Shown: positions 27,390 through 40,200 of the stretch, one piece after another
Position numbering within the stretch: the stretch's first letter is position 1
Layout of the letters: each line of letters begins with the position of its first letter
Assembly: GCA_030704615.1 (NCBI GenBank)
Contig: CM060731.1
Location: 66,526,001 to 66,590,000, forward strand
Origin: Takakia lepidozioides
Lineage: Eukaryota; Plantae; Bryophyta
Direction of reading: 5' to 3'
Length of the DNA: 64,000 nucleotides
Notes under the pieces: model-generated
Databases searched by the model: none
The model's input: the letters and a program-made list of their open reading frames with translations, nothing else
Told to the model about the DNA's origin: nothing
Program-made: the position numbers and the translations under genes

Positions 27390-29620
27390 TGGCAGAGTAT
27401 GCGGTGCCGCACACTCCCACAGCTATCTGACAGTGTTTATTTTGGGTTCGTCTTTTGATCCAGGAGAAGCAGGAAACACTCCCATTCATGTTTCTTAGTA
27501 GCCTGCATATGGTGATCTTAAACGTTGCGATTTGAAACTCGTAGCACAGCTCCTGGTAGGGTTTTCATGTGCACACGAAGAGACATGGATGTGTGAAGTA
27601 GATGATCCTGAATACAGGAGAGAGTGTGCAGTGTCGTACATTGTCTGTGCCCTTTGAGTAAGTAGCATTTTTGGAGCTGCCATTCAAAACATACCGGTAT
27701 AGTTCAAGCACACAAAAATAGAAGCAGAAAACAGTGTGCGGTACCACACACTGTTTCTGCCCCTCCAAATTGCTTGGGAACGATGATCATAGGTCAGGAT
27801 TCTAGCTATTGAGCATGACATATGTGGAAGCAGCAAATAGTGTGCGGTGTCAAAGACGAGAATATGACTGAACACAAACAAGAGATCAGACTAGAGGTAC
27901 AAGACTAGACAAGAAGTCAAGGTCGTCGTGGCCGAATGTATGGTGGGTAAACATGAATCAAGATGCTCTTTATAACAATGGACAAGAGTACAAGATACTG
28001 GAACTCGACTCGAATACTAGAATGCTGGAAACTGGACTAGAGTACTGGAAGTTGGACTGGAGTATTAAGACTGGGAACAAGATTAGTTTGAATTTGTGTT
28101 GGCGAGACTGAAGAGTGTCCAGTCTCGCCTCCTATATATACTGACTACTAAGAAGTTCCCTATGAAGCTTCCCCTATAGAGGTTTCTTGATGAAGAAGTT
28201 TCCAAGATTAAACAAAGGTTTCTTGATGAAGAAGCTTCCTTAAACAAATGAGGTATCTTGATGGAGAAGTTTCCTCCAAATGAAGCTTCCTGAGCAGTTT
28301 CCTAAGTTATTCTTGGTAATTTGGTAAATTTCCGATAACTTGATAACTAATGGTAAATCATGGTAGATCATGGTAAAATCACGGTAACATGGTAACTTGA
28401 TAACTTCTGGTATTTACTCATGGTAAGTTCTTTTGGGCTATGTCCGTGATATGCGGTGCCGCACACTGTTTATGCCTGTACTCAAAGTTGTTTTCTTTGT
28501 CAGATATGGCCATCCACATCTCTTCTCCAGACTTCAAACATTGCATAATGGAAGCACGAAACAGTGTGCGGCACCGCACACTATTTGTGCCCCTCTTCAC
28601 TTCTATTTTTTGCTTTGAAATGTACCCCTCCAGAATGGTCTTACATGCATGAATCACACCAAAATGGAAGCACGAAACATTTTTGTATGAAATGTGAGCA
28701 CTTAACACATTCTTCCAGACGTAACTAACACTGAAATGACAGCACAAAACAGTATGCGACACCGCACACTGTTTGTGCCCCCCTGGAACTCTCTCTTTTG
28801 GTTGGAAATGTATCTCTTCTGGTGTGTGTAGCAGGCTTCAATCAGAGCAAAATGGAAGCACGAAACAGTGTGCGGCACCGCACACTGTTTGTGCCCCCCT
28901 GAAATATTCGTATTTTGTGTTTCAATTGTAGCCCGAAACAGTGAGTGCCCCTCTCTGTTCACCTCTGTCAGTCACCACTGCATCATGTTGAAATGCAAGA
29001 TGGACACAGTGTGCGGTATCGCACACCGTTTGAGCTCCTCCCCATTGTTCTTTTTTTGTTGAGAAAGTAGGTACTCAACTCATTTTTTCCAAACTTCACT
29101 TGTGATGAAATGGCAGCTTGAAATAGTGTGCGGCATTGCACAATGTTTTATGCCCCTCTGCATTTTAGTCACCCAGCTCTGTTTGTCAGGCTTCAATTAT
29201 CTAGAAAGGAAGCACGAGACAATGTGGGGTACGACACTGTTTTTGAAACCCCTGTCCAGTGTTCTTTTTTTGTTTGGAATAAACCCATTCAGCTGAGTCT
29301 CTCAGGCTTGAAACAGAGTGAAATGAAAGCAAGAAACTATGTGCGGCACCGCACACTGTTTCTGGCCCCTCTCTTCAATGTGAGGTTTTCATGTGAGAAG
29401 TGTGCACCAAGCCATGTCCCTCAAATTTCCATGAAGATGAAATGGCAGCACGAAACAGTGTGCGGTGCCGCACACTGTTTGTGCCCCTGTATAATGTTGT
29501 ATTTTGAAGTAAAAGGAAGCCCCATAAGAATGTCCCTGTACATCTGAAACTTTGTGAAAACACAAAAAATAATTTGAGATTGAACCACTGATCAGTGTGC
29601 GACACCGCACATTGTTTCTG
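27390..29620. repeat. Spaced palindromic array, core AACAGTGTGCGG-CA-CCGCACACTGTT, period about 100-140 bp
   Basis: Cores near 27396, 27623, 27730, 27838/28452 (split by an LTR), 28560, 28749, 28865, 29006, 29123, 29220, 29337, 29455 and 29593. Confidence 0.85.
27848..28451. mobile_element. Solo LTR (604 bp) inserted at the centre of one palindrome
   Basis: TGTCA...TGATA termini; 5-bp TSD TGCGG (27843-27847 and 28452-28456); internal TATATATA near 28133. Confidence 0.8.
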
Positions 29621-30799
29621 CCCGTTGCTTATGTCCATTTGAATGTGTATCCCTACAGGAGAAGATGCAAAGAGTGGAGGATGAGAACCCTACAGTTCAG
29701 GAAGAGGAGAACATTGTTGACGTAGACGACGAGTTCTATGAAAGCAAAGCGGCGGAGGCTAGGGGGTCAAAAGGTCAATTCGCAGCTTGTGGTGCAAAGT
29801 ATGTTTGCACCGGGTGGCAGGTTGAAGATTCCTATGTGCAGGTTGGTTTCCATGCCCGTCGTTCGTGCACCCCTCATCAAGGACATCTAGAAGCTGGAGG
29901 CCGAGTTTGTTCATGGGTATTTGGATGGATCCGTAGTGTTTTACGTTTCTACTAGGGATTCCAGAGGCAATGAGCTTCTTGTGGATGTCCATCATGGACT
30001 CATGGGATCCCATTTGGAGACAGATGAACGAATCCTTTGAGCTTCTTCTCTCAAGAAACCTTCGACGCAAACATTCTCGGGGAAGATGTTTCATGTATGG
30101 GATGGCAACCACCGGTTGCTTGCATGAATGGCTGCCATTGGGAGGCTGCACTCATAGGAGGAAGAGTGGCATTACTGTGCTCGATCGATGGTCCTGGATT
30201 GTGACGGGAACATGATTGGGCTTCTGACGGCAATGAATGATGTGAACAGGTTGGTTACCCAATCTTCATGTTCCGCTTGTGGTTCCGTGGATCTTTGCTT
30301 CCAATCTTCTGTTCTCCGTTGTTGGATTTCATTCTGAATTCCGCACATCAATCTGCGGAGGGAGGGAGACATCGCATGTGAAAACGAGCTTGGTGCACAC
30401 TCTGTACAGGATACAGAGGATTGGGCAGATGCCCTTGAGCAACTTCAAGACTGTCCTGTCAGCAGAGACGTACAAGAAGTGCGAGAGTTCCAAGACATCA
30501 GAAACATGGTACTCATTGACACGCGAGGCTTTCATGGAGTATATGTACGTGGTGAGATACACCTTCCATCATCTGGCCTTTGGGTATTTCTGCTTCGTGG
30601 ACTTTGTTTCTGTTTGTTTCCCTTGCCCGTGTGTTCATGCATTTGTCGTGCATTCTCTTGCAGCAAGACATTGCGGATGCAGGTCAACGTGACAAACTGG
30701 AATACTATAGCTCTAACCCTGAAGAGAGAAGGTCAACAAAAAGGGTTGAGAGTCATATCAAGCAAGAGATGAACACCACCCGAAAAAACATCCAAACGT

Positions 30800-31330
30800 A
30801 TTGGTATACCCTCCGGAAGGTTGTTTCTATCATTTTTTAACTTACATAATATCCAAACAAATATGTTTAATACCTTACGGAAGGTTGTTTCTGCCATCAG
30901 GTCAGATACCTTTCAGAAGGTTGTTCATGTCAAGTTTAAAATTACTTAATCCAAATAATGTTGGAGTACCCTCTGTAAGGTTGTTGTGACTCATTTTTTA
31001 ACTTGCATAAAATCCAATCAAATTTGTTTAATACCTTACGGAAGGTTGTTTCTACCATTAGGTCATGCGCGATGGAAACCGACCGGAAGGTTGTTCATCT
31101 CAATTTTAAAATTGCTCCATCCAAACATATTGGTGTACCCTCCAGAAGATTGTTCCGTGTCATTTTTTAACTTCCATAAAAATCGAAACAAATATGTTTA
31201 ATACCTTTTGGATGGTTGTTCCCACCATTACGTCATGCGTGATGGATACCTTTCGGAAGGTTGTTCATGTCAAGTTTAAAATTGCTTAATCCAAATAATA
31301 CTAGAGTACCCTCTGGAAGGTTGTTCATAT
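30800..31330. repeat. Tandem array with core TACCYTYCGGAAGGTTGTT
   Basis: About 10 degenerate copies spaced 35-65 bp apart. Confidence 0.8.
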
Positions 31331-31579
31331 CATTCCCCCAAATTGCATAACGGGGAAGTGCGTGCAAGGTCCGGGCACGGAAGAAAGGGAAAAGCAAACG
31401 TTTAGGGCAATGGGCGAGCCAGTTTTGGAAGCTACAGGACGAATGGAGGGGGCGGGCCCACATGTGTGGCCAGGCGTGTGAAGCCTCTGGGGGGTGCTCT
31501 GCTGGGGACCAGGGAGCCAGCGTCGTTTCGACGTGGCTACCGAAAATTGGCGGGCCAACAAATCCAGGTGGTAGTGGCG

Positions 31580-31880
31580 TGAAAACTTGCTTATGGATGT
31601 GAAGAAAGGAGATGAAATATCAAGGTCGAAACTGCTGGAGGAAACTCTCACGAGGTAGCTCGGTGGGCAACATTATTCTCTCTCTCAAGAATACTGCAAT
31701 AAAAGAAGAAGTTTTGTATGTTCCGGATGTATCGAAAATTTTATTGTCTGTCAGTACATTATATGCAGATAAAGGATTCCAACTGTTTAACGATCAGCAT
31801 GACATCTATCTCTTGAATGCTTCGTTCAAAGTTCTAACCAAATGACTCCAGATCAATCAAACGGTATGTACAAAATGACT
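31580..31880 (+). mobile_element. Ty1/Copia pol remnant (protease-adjacent region)
   Basis: KEEVLYVPDVSKILLSVSTL resembles the copia motif VLYVP..NLLSV. Confidence 0.55.
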
Positions 31881-32159
31881 CTGTCTAGGGGGGGATTGCC
31901 ACATCGTGAGCATGCTCACAAGTATATATAGGTTTCCCTTGGCAGCTTAGGAAATGATGACGATGACGTGGCACTAGGGCACCCTATTCCTGCTCTACAC
32001 TAAAACTAGTCTGCGAGTCGTCACTACAGTTCTTTGGTTTCATATGTTGCTTAGAAGGTGGCATTTCGAAGCGCCAAATACCAAATGCATGGACAATCGT
32101 TTGAGTTGCCTTCCGAGTGTGTAAACTCCGAAAACAGACGTTCGATACTTCTGCCCCGC

Positions 32160-32258
32160 TCTACGAGACTCTCTCTCTCTCTCTCTCTCACAGAGGACGA
32201 CGTCAAAGCCGTAGAGGAGCTGTAGATCGGAATCTGCGTATTTCGAGTGCCATTTCAG
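32160..32258 (+). other. Probable 5' UTR exon of PARP; intron runs to the acceptor near 34193
   Basis: (CT)n tract followed by a CAG/gtattag donor; acceptor gatgcag lies just upstream of the ATG at 34212. Confidence 0.45.
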
Positions 32259-34211
32259 GTATTAGGTGCTGTTTTGAATATTGTTATTAGGTTGATTTGG
32301 TTTGCCTCAAGTGAGCGTCTCGACGCTTGATGAGTCCAGTGCAAGTGTCGACAATGAACTCCTCGATGAAGACTGTTGTGGTGGAATTCAGATACGATAA
32401 ATTTTGGTGACAAAATTTGTATTGTATTCGTACACCAACTTTGCAATTCAGTTTCTGCAATGAGGTGGTCTGCTTCTGAGTGATCGATTGCTAAGTTCCT
32501 ATGGATTCTACAATTGTTCCTCTGACGAGCGAGGGATTTATTTCTGTACACTCGGAAAGTCTAGTAGAAGGTTGATTACTGCGTGATTGTGTGTGTCCCC
32601 CCCCGCCTGTGAGTGCCATCTCCGCAAAACCTGCGGCCTGCAATATCCCATGTTATTTCACTTCCTTCCTCTACAATTCCTTCCTTCGTCCTGTAGATGT
32701 TTCTGCAGAATAATGTGCTCCGTTTCTTGCTTCGCATCGTAAACACAAATTTTTTAATTCCTCTTCTCTACTTCTCTCCATTTACATGGATCACAGATTA
32801 CACTTTGCCAACCGGGAGGAGAGAGAGGAGGTTCATACGATAAAGCTACAGTAGATGAGGATTAAGCTTTGCTGAGCAGCAGCGCACAAGTCCACCATAA
32901 TTCTTAGTTAAGGTTGCCTAATGGTAGCTTGTTTTCCTGAAAAACATTGTGTACTCAACCGAGGTGGATGTGTTCTGAAAACCGGACAACTGGTTCTTTG
33001 TCGCTCTGTATCTGATCAGCATCATCATTTTCTCAGGAAAGTGCAGTGTTAAATGAATTGGAAACTGGAGGCCCCTTGGAGGAGGTAGGAAAGTTGAGAA
33101 GGATAGGCCTTAGGATGAAAATGTATGTATGCTTCCGTACATTTTGCCAAGAGAGAGTGTGAAGGGAAGGGAGACAATTAGGCTCATGAAAACAGAGATC
33201 ACACTGGCATTAGAATTTGTTCCTACTTTTCACTTTGCTTCTGTATCTTTGGCTTCGCTCTCCTTGGCTCTTGCTCTTTTCGCTCCATCCCTATCTGCAC
33301 ACTGTGGCCAACCATTCAGTTTGCCCTTTAAATCCCTGTATGGCTACCTATTGGCAGATGCCATGTGGCTTCATGCAGGCCATCCGGGTTGTACAAGGTG
33401 GTCACTGAAGGGTTCCTTCCTGCATGTTTGAGTAAAAACATCCATTTCTCTCAGCCTCTCTATTTGCTTCTATTTCTTTCAAAAAGGAAAGATGCATCAG
33501 TTTTTTCTGGAAAGTTCAACTGCCTTTTACAAACTGGCATGGCCCCTTAGAAAATGTGGTTGTGTGTGGTACAGCAGTATGATTCCTGCCTGTAGATCTG
33601 CAATAGAAGTTGACTATGAGCACCCAGACGGATTTGATTCCAATTGAGGGATAGCCTAAGTTCGCTTCATGTCTGTGCTGCCTTCGGTGCTTTGGGCCTC
33701 CCCATGACGAAATACGTTTCTTTCCTTATTTTCCGGGCTGTCTGGCAGCTCATCTTTGAGGCACTTAGTCTTCAGCAAACCATTGTGTTGTTCTTAATGT
33801 TGTTTCATGTTGTTCTGTACTTTCTCCCTTGAGTCCTCAAGGTACCCTCTGGTAAAGTGTCTTAAACATTCCAGAGGGGCTTTTGTGGGGTTCGCACCCA
33901 CCAGAGTTTAGATTATCCCCACAGCTCAGCTGCAGGTATAAACTTATTTCCCACACTGACAGAGGCACTTGCCCGCATGCCAACTCAACATCCCGGCTGC
34001 AGAGTTTTTGATATCAGTTTTATAGCCATCTGCCTGTCACTCTGGTTTGTGTGCAGGGCAAAGAGAGAGAGAGGGAGACAGAGAGAATGTGCTCCATTTA
34101 CAAAGTCATGCATGTGTCTTTGCTCATATTAAGAGTTGTGAGCAAGAGGCTAACAGACTCGACTGAAACTGTATTTTGACTTGGGGGATGCAGGGAGAAA
34201 TCTTTATCAGC

Positions 34212-37200
34212 ATGTCGGCAAAGTTGAAAGTGAAGGAGCTGCGGGAGGCGCTCTTGAATCGTGGTCTTGAGACTTCTGGCTTGAAGCCTGCACTGGTATG
34301 CTTATTCCCCACTGAAAGTATGCCAATTCAGTATTTCTTACCTACTTACAGTGAGTAAGTAGGCAAGTGTAGCAATGTCCTGATGCTGTTAAGAGAGTAT
34401 GATCAGACTTGTAGGCTTGTTGAACTGATCGTTGCTACAGGTTGCCCGGCTTGATGAGGCAATTGCAGCGGAAGAAGCCAGCAAATCAGGAATGGCACAA
34501 GTCCAGCCTGTGCCAAATCACTCCCCGGCGTTGCGCTCAGTTGCAAAGGCGAAGAAGAAATTGGATGAGGCCAAGAAACAAGAAGAGAAGAGGGATTGTG
34601 CAGTAGATGATGTGAGTCCCAAAGAGGATGACAAACCCTTGAAACGAATCAAGGTGAGCCAAGTGGATAATATGGGGATTGAGGACCTTCAGACAGGTCC
34701 CTTACCAAAAACCACAGACAAGGACCATGATAATGTCGTTTATGAGGAAGGTGAGTGCGACAGTTAAAATCATTGTTCTATCCCAGTAAGATGTATAATG
34801 TCAATGCTATAACTTGCTATATGTATCCTAATGGCCATAGATCTAGTGCCCAGTACTGACGGAGCAAGGAACTGGGGGGATAGCATGGAGGGGAATGGGA
34901 CAATAGAATGCAATGCCATGCTCCAGTAGACTTTAGACTCAGCATTCCAGCTTTGTGAGAGAAGTTTACTACATCAGGAAAGTCAAAAGTGCTTATGGAA
35001 GGGAGAGGAGAGGAAAGTCAATGTGATGCTCAGAAAGGTTATGGAAGGAGAAAAAGAATTCCATCAAGTCAAATGGGAGGGCCAGAGAGAGAGAGAGAGA
35101 ATGTTCTCATAAGATGTTGTTTGCCGTAGCCTTGTGGCCATAGACCTCGTGCCCAGTTTGGGAGGAACAAGAGAGATTGTACTCATAAGACGTTGTTTGC
35201 CGTAGCCTTGTGGCCATTGACCCCGCGCCCAGTTTGAGCGGGAACAAAAGGGACAGAACCTACCTCTGTCAGGGGCTGACGTTGGTAGTGTGACTTACCA
35301 TCATATATACAATTAATCCGGGTTTTCCAGATATCCTCTAGAAATCCCTTCACACAAGCATCAATCTGCTGTGTGTGATTTGCCCAAAAACTAGGCCTCA
35401 GGAGGGCCTGGGCTTTTGGCTCAGCCTCGAGACTTTCAAAGTTGTTAAACAGGGGTACAGGCACAATTCCCTTGATAGAATTGAAGAGAGCGTCTCTTTG
35501 GTGAGAGAACCCCGGACAGTGTATCAGAAAGTGAATACTGTCTTCAGATTGCCCACACAGCGGGCAATTGCACTCTCCCTTTCCTCTCTGCTTCTGTTTG
35601 CTGTTCAAAGGTAGGCTTCCTGCCCCGAGTTTAAATTTCAGTCTAGTGCCGAGAGTGGGTAGACCCTTGGGGTCATCCAAGATGTCCTCCCCCATGTCAC
35701 TGACTGGAAACAAGTTCAGGAAAGTTTTCTGCCTAACTTCATTTTCATCAGACAATCTCATGGCAACAGACATGGCTGAGGACACTAGTCCTGGCAGAAG
35801 AGAGTAGAAGAGATTCTCAAGGACCTGGACCTGGATCCGCAAGTCTATGTCAACTTCTTCCCAAGGAAGTGTAAAGTATAGTGTGTGTCTTCTAAGAATG
35901 GCATTATTGTCTTCCATTGCAAAGTAGACACTTTCAACTGTAGATCACCTAGGTTATGCATAGGCAAGGTACAAACACCCAACCATTTGCTCTACCGCCG
36001 CGGTTCGGGGGTTCTCTAATGTACAAAAAACAACAATAAGGTACCCGTGCTTCCACGGAAACATAATATGATGGATAGACATAGGGTTCCTGCACGTGAA
36101 TAGGCACCCGACTAGGTGGTAGGATTCGAATCCAAAATTTTGAACATGCCTTATGGCAGCTTACGGGCACTCGAGGGATTTAATTTCTTTCCCCTCAATA
36201 ATCTTCAATAAAGTTTCATCCAGGGCCTCTGTCCCATGTTCCATTTTATATATATATATCCAAAATTTTGTTTGCGAGCCAAGGTTGTTGCAGATAACCC
36301 AACCATCACAAAAGGCGGAATGTACTCATCTACCTTTGGAGGGATATTTGATCCGTTATTTCCAAATTAAATACTCACGATTTTCCAAGATATAGAGTCG
36401 ATTAACTTAGGATATCTGGTGTTGGGCATATGTTGCAGCTGACCCCACCATCTGACCTTGAATTCATCTCGTCGGGAGCTTAAGGACGGAATGCCAAACT
36501 CACCCCGAACAGCCACATTGGCTGTTTTGGAGCATGCTGACATACACTCCTTAAGCACCCCCACTTGAATGGATTCTAGAGACTTGAGACTTAGCCTGGT
36601 TGGAGTTATCAACCCATATAGCAGATCCGTACTCCAAGGCAGGTCTAATAACACGACAAAGAGAGAGAGAGAGAGAGAACCTGAGTTGATGATTGTCTGG
36701 AGATGTTCTAGACAAAGGGGAAGAGTCAGAAGCAGAATCGGAGAAGGAGATGGTGGTTGCAACAAAGAAGGGACGTGCAGTACTGGACCAGTACTTGACA
36801 CCCACCATTCAGCACAGTTTCCATGTCCTCCACAAAGTAAGAGAGTTGAATATTACATGGTTTTAGCAACTTGTACGTTTATGTTGTCCTACTATGTCTA
36901 CTCTCTTTCTCATCCAATTGGGTGTCACGTACATCCAGAGCAACTTATTATCTGAATGCCATAGGGTCATCACGGGTGTGTTTATGGAGCCATAAGAAAC
37001 TGAGGCTGCTGCAAGGTCTCATGGCAAGAAAATTAGATTGCTGCCATCTAACATGTCATGGCAGATGGGAGTATTCCACGTTAGTTTTTATCAGTCATCT
37101 TCATTTTCCAGATCCTCATCAGAATTTACATGTAGTAGAGACAATCAGAGGGGGAAAACATTTTGAGAGTTAATGCAACAGTCTAATTCTGCACTGTGTA

Positions 37201-40200
37201 TTGGATAACTTTATGGAACTATTTGTGGCAGGGGGATGAAATTTATGATGCGATGCTCAACCAGTCCAATGTGGAGAACAACAATAACAAGTTTTATGTG
37301 ATCCAAGCCCTTGGTATGTCAGCTCCTTCACAGTCAAGTAGCAACAGAACTAAGGCTGAAGTTCCAACTGTTTAGAAACATCAGGAGACATTTGTTGACA
37401 GTCCAACAAGGTTACGGATGCTTCTATGCCCTGGCAAGCAGATGCATTTTCATTGCATGATTGTCAGTTAGGGTGGTCAAAGGGTCACTTATTTGGTGTG
37501 ATTTTGGCATGCTGACAAATCCTGCAGCTTAGGCCTAAAGTGGCACTTCTGTGCCTTATCATTGCCTTGCTGCCTAGATTTGAGGACGACACTAGAACTG
37601 CATAGATTTCCTTTCAAAATGGCTATTATGCACCACATGTGGCAATTGACAAAGAAAAGGTTGTCTTTTACTGCAGAGGCCGATACTGGTTGCAAATATC
37701 ACGTTTATACGCGGTGGGGGAGGGTCGGAGTGAAGGGTCAAGATAAACTATTTGGGCCTTATGCCTCTGCTGATGATGCAATCAGCGAATTTGAAGGCAG
37801 GTTCTATGAAAAAACAAAGAACAGGTGGTCTGATCGCAGCAGCTTTGTTGCTTATCCGAAGAAGTACACTTGGCTGGAGATGGATTATGATGAAGTCAAG
37901 GATGACAATGAAAAGCCTAAGGTTTTGTTCATGGATTGTTGAGACACTAGTGGTTTTACCTTTACAGTCAGTTTTTGAGTACTTGACCTCGTTGATCTGT
38001 ATGGTAGTGGAGAATTCTATGTCATGATAGGAATCCTGAAACAAGAAAGCTGCCCCATGCGTTCTCTTGAATCTGTTTCAATCTGACCTTCAATCTGACC
38101 TTCAATGTACGAGATAGTGCACTCTTCCAAATATTATCATGGCGAGGGAGGGATGCGTCACAGACCGAGAGAGAGAGAGATGATAGAATGAATAGTTGGC
38201 TGCTTAACAAATCTGATGGGTTTGTATTTTGCCGCCCCCTCCTGTTTCTGACAGGAAAAGGGGAAGAAGAAGGATGCTGCAGTGAGCAGTGGTCCACCTC
38301 CGCAAAGCAAACTGGATCAACGTGTGCAGGAGTTCATTTCTCTTATTTGTGACATGAATATGATGAAGCAACAGATGATGGAGATAGGTGAAGTTCTGGT
38401 TTCATGTTGTCTATTTTCTTAGCTGTGTTGGTGTTGCTGGTCGTGACTTTGCTATGATGATGTTGTACACCGGGCTTGGAATCCTTCAAAGCTTGAACAG
38501 GTTGCACTTATGGTTCCTGAAGGTTTGCAAATGAAAGTCCCCCAGATCACAATATACAAATCATATGATCTTCTTACCTTCGGATTATTTGCTTTTGACA
38601 GGTTATGACGCAAAGAAAATGCCTCTTGGGAAACTCAGCAAGTCAACTATCTTGAAGGTGCATAATCTGTAACGTTTTCCTAGCATGCACTAAGTTGGCC
38701 TTTGCTTCCAAGGGACAGAATGAACAAATTTTGAATTCTGTCTTGCTGACTCTCTAATCAACCGTTGCTCTGTCTCAGGTACCGACTTGTGAAACAGACC
38801 AGGGTGTATCCGTAACAGGATACTGAAATTTCCAAGCCCTGGAATATGTGAAGAGAATCCCTTAGAGAAGAACAATTCCTGCCGAGCCCCATTTTGTTCT
38901 GCTCCCTTAACATCGCCCGTTTTCCCTTCCACTAGGACTGGGCACTGGGTCTATGAACACGATACAAGGGAATATACAGTCCATTGAATCCTCCCTCATT
39001 TGTGAATTTCAGATGTAGTCTTCCATTGTGATTTGAGTTGTTAGCAAGCAATTTCGGCATAAGGTAAGGCTGTGCTGAAAGATAATATTGGACTCTGTTT
39101 GCCATATGCATTGACTAGGGCTTTGAAGTATTAAAGAGCATCGCTGCTGCATTGGAGAACTCAAATCGAGAACCTCTTGAAACATTGAGCAGGTGCCTGG
39201 AAGACTCCTCTACTTCTTTTTCCTTTTTTGGCACCAGTGGTTTTGTAGTGTCAACCTTACATTGAGGTTGACATTTACATGATTGATTGGTCTGACCACT
39301 GTCATTAAAAGTGCCAGTATGTTCAGGGAACAATTTCCTTCTTGGATCCCCCACTTGGTTGTGAGACGAGCTTCCGAAAGAAGGGTATGTGGAATGTGTT
39401 GCAACAGAGCAGGGTGATAGATACCATTAACATTTATCTGTTGATCGCTGGGTTGGTCGGTTTGCAGTGAATTCTACACCATTATTCCCCATGATCTTGG
39501 CTTTAAAAAGATGAGTAAGTGTTATTTCATTTGTAGGACCAATTAGAGGCAAGCTGCCTTATACTGTTGATCTCATTGCCAAACAAGTTGTTTTGTCTGC
39601 AGTTTAGCTTGTATCTAGTATGCAATGGGCAGAGAGTTGGCGCCTGAAGCTTTTTTGCAACGTAGCCATAGATCAGAGACATGTTCAGAGGCATATCTAA
39701 GAATTCGCTTAAATGTCATTGTCTCCTTTCAGATGATGCGTTGAAAGTATCCTATATTTGGCTGAGCTCCAGTATTTAATGAATTTACCTGCACTGCTCT
39801 TCAGAGAAGAGTGATTCTTCATAGGGCGTGGCTGGTCTACCATATCATAGAACCTGCTTTTTGCTGCACTTGTACAGAATATTTTGTCATTGACAGTCAA
39901 CAAAAGCTGAAGAAGAAGCTGGAGATGGTATGCCCACACATTGTCTTCATCCATGCATGTGCGCAGACTTCTGATGATGTTCTTTTCAGTAAGTTGATGT
40001 GAGGGTGGAGTCATCAAGATAGGGGCAGATGCACAGACATCAGATGACAGACAGCTCCAACAATCAAAAGAGGCAGCTTAGCTAAGGGACATAAAGGGAG
40101 ACTGGATACAAAGGTGAACAAAACAAATAGGTTGGTTAGCCCCTGCTTGCCATACTGTTGTAGCCTTAGTCCCTCGGATAGTCAAGCAGGGAAATAGAGG

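Larger units (their letters stand above)
26960..30770 (+). pseudogene. Degenerate second gene of the same DNA transposon, divergently oriented; product unknown
   Basis: Acidic exon-like segments (27060-27341, 29659-30550) with plausible GT/AG borders and internal stops. The intervening intron is filled by a palindrome array. Confidence 0.35.

Noticed and set aside
27390-29620. CRISPR-like array of spaced palindromes
   Set aside because: The context is eukaryotic with no cas genes; spacers are about 90 bp, homologous to each other, and the repeats are degenerate.
36367-36801. Minus-strand ORF as an overlapping antisense gene to PARP exon 3
   Set aside because: It is a chance read-through from the PARP exon antisense across (GA)n into the LINE fragment.
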